Assembly (NCBI GenBank): GCA_964035545.1
Contig: OZ037766.1
Coordinates: 15,304,722-15,368,721 of the forward strand
From: Bugula neritina
Taxonomy: Eukaryota > Animalia > Bryozoa
Length of the DNA: 64,000 nt
Reading direction: 5' to 3'
Shown here: positions 63,491 through 64,000 of the stretch, piece by piece
Position numbering within the stretch: position 1 is the stretch's first letter
Layout of the letters: the number at the start of each line of letters is the position of its first letter
Program-made: the position numbers and the translations under genes
The notes under the pieces: generated by a model
Told to the model about the DNA's origin: nothing
Database searches by the model: none
The model's input: the letters and a program-made list of their open reading frames with translations, nothing else

Positions 63491-63618
63491 CCTTGGTTGC
63501 TGAGATCGGCATTTCGGTCTTCCGAAATGCCGATATGCCGAAAATCGACGTTTCGGCATTTCGGAGTCCCGAAGTGCCGATATTCGGCATTTCGGAACCC
63601 CGATCTCGGCAACAAAGG
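63491..63618. repeat. Short GC-rich palindromic element with internal TCGGCATTTCGG/CCGAAATGCCGA repeats (MITE-like)
   Basis: Ends GTTGCTGAGATCGG / CCGATCTCGGCAAC. Confidence 0.75.
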
Positions 63619-64000
63619 AATGTCTTTGTCTCGCTTGTATATAAAAGCCAGCGAGTTCCAGTGTAGTTCAGACTACTACTGGAGCTCGCTGGTAGTAGGA
63701 CCACATAAGCTGTATCTGATGCAAATAAAGTTATCTTTCATTCGTACTCAAATACTTGGCTTATTTTTTCTAGAGCATGTAGGCACTAGTTGCATTCAAA
63801 ACCCACAGTTTACTACAATATCACTTTGACAAAGTTAGTGCAAACAATCAAAACTTTGGTAACACAGAAACTTTAGCATATGACAATTACTTATCTACCA
63901 GAAAAAGCCATTGTTCCCTTGTCTAAAATTATTACTTTTTCAAGTTTTTATGTCTAAATATTGCATCATCTGCCACTTCAACTGGCGAGTATGTTTAGAA

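Overview
AT-rich, intron-containing eukaryotic DNA, most likely an invertebrate animal; the species cannot be fixed from the sequence. Genes, left to right: (1) the 5' part of a minus-strand RNF213/mysterin-like gene (14 phase-consistent coding exons, 9312 down to 20, running off the left edge) with an N-terminal double zinc ribbon, about 51 acidic pentapeptide repeats, the RNF213 CBM20-like domain and a perfect kB site at its putative promoter; (2) a divergent plus-strand 10-exon gene (21859-39750, about 591 aa) encoding MGxxxS myristoylation motif + 6 LRRs + an ADP-ribosylglycohydrolase (ARH) fold lacking most canonical Mg-binding residues; (3) a minus-strand C2H2 zinc-finger gene with a PLDLT CtBP motif; (4) an intronless class-A GPCR ORF split at its ERY motif by a young, intact BEL/Pao LTR retrotransposon (51153-60420, 811-bp LTRs, 5-bp TSD GAGAT), whose leader/5' LTR carries an 815-bp inverted triplication with a templated insert copied from 7 kb away. 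Repeats include a decayed Gypsy pol with two nested insertions, a non-autonomous hAT, several MITE/foldback elements, tRNA-derived SINE heads and microsatellites. All calls come from manual reading and translation; no database searches were run.
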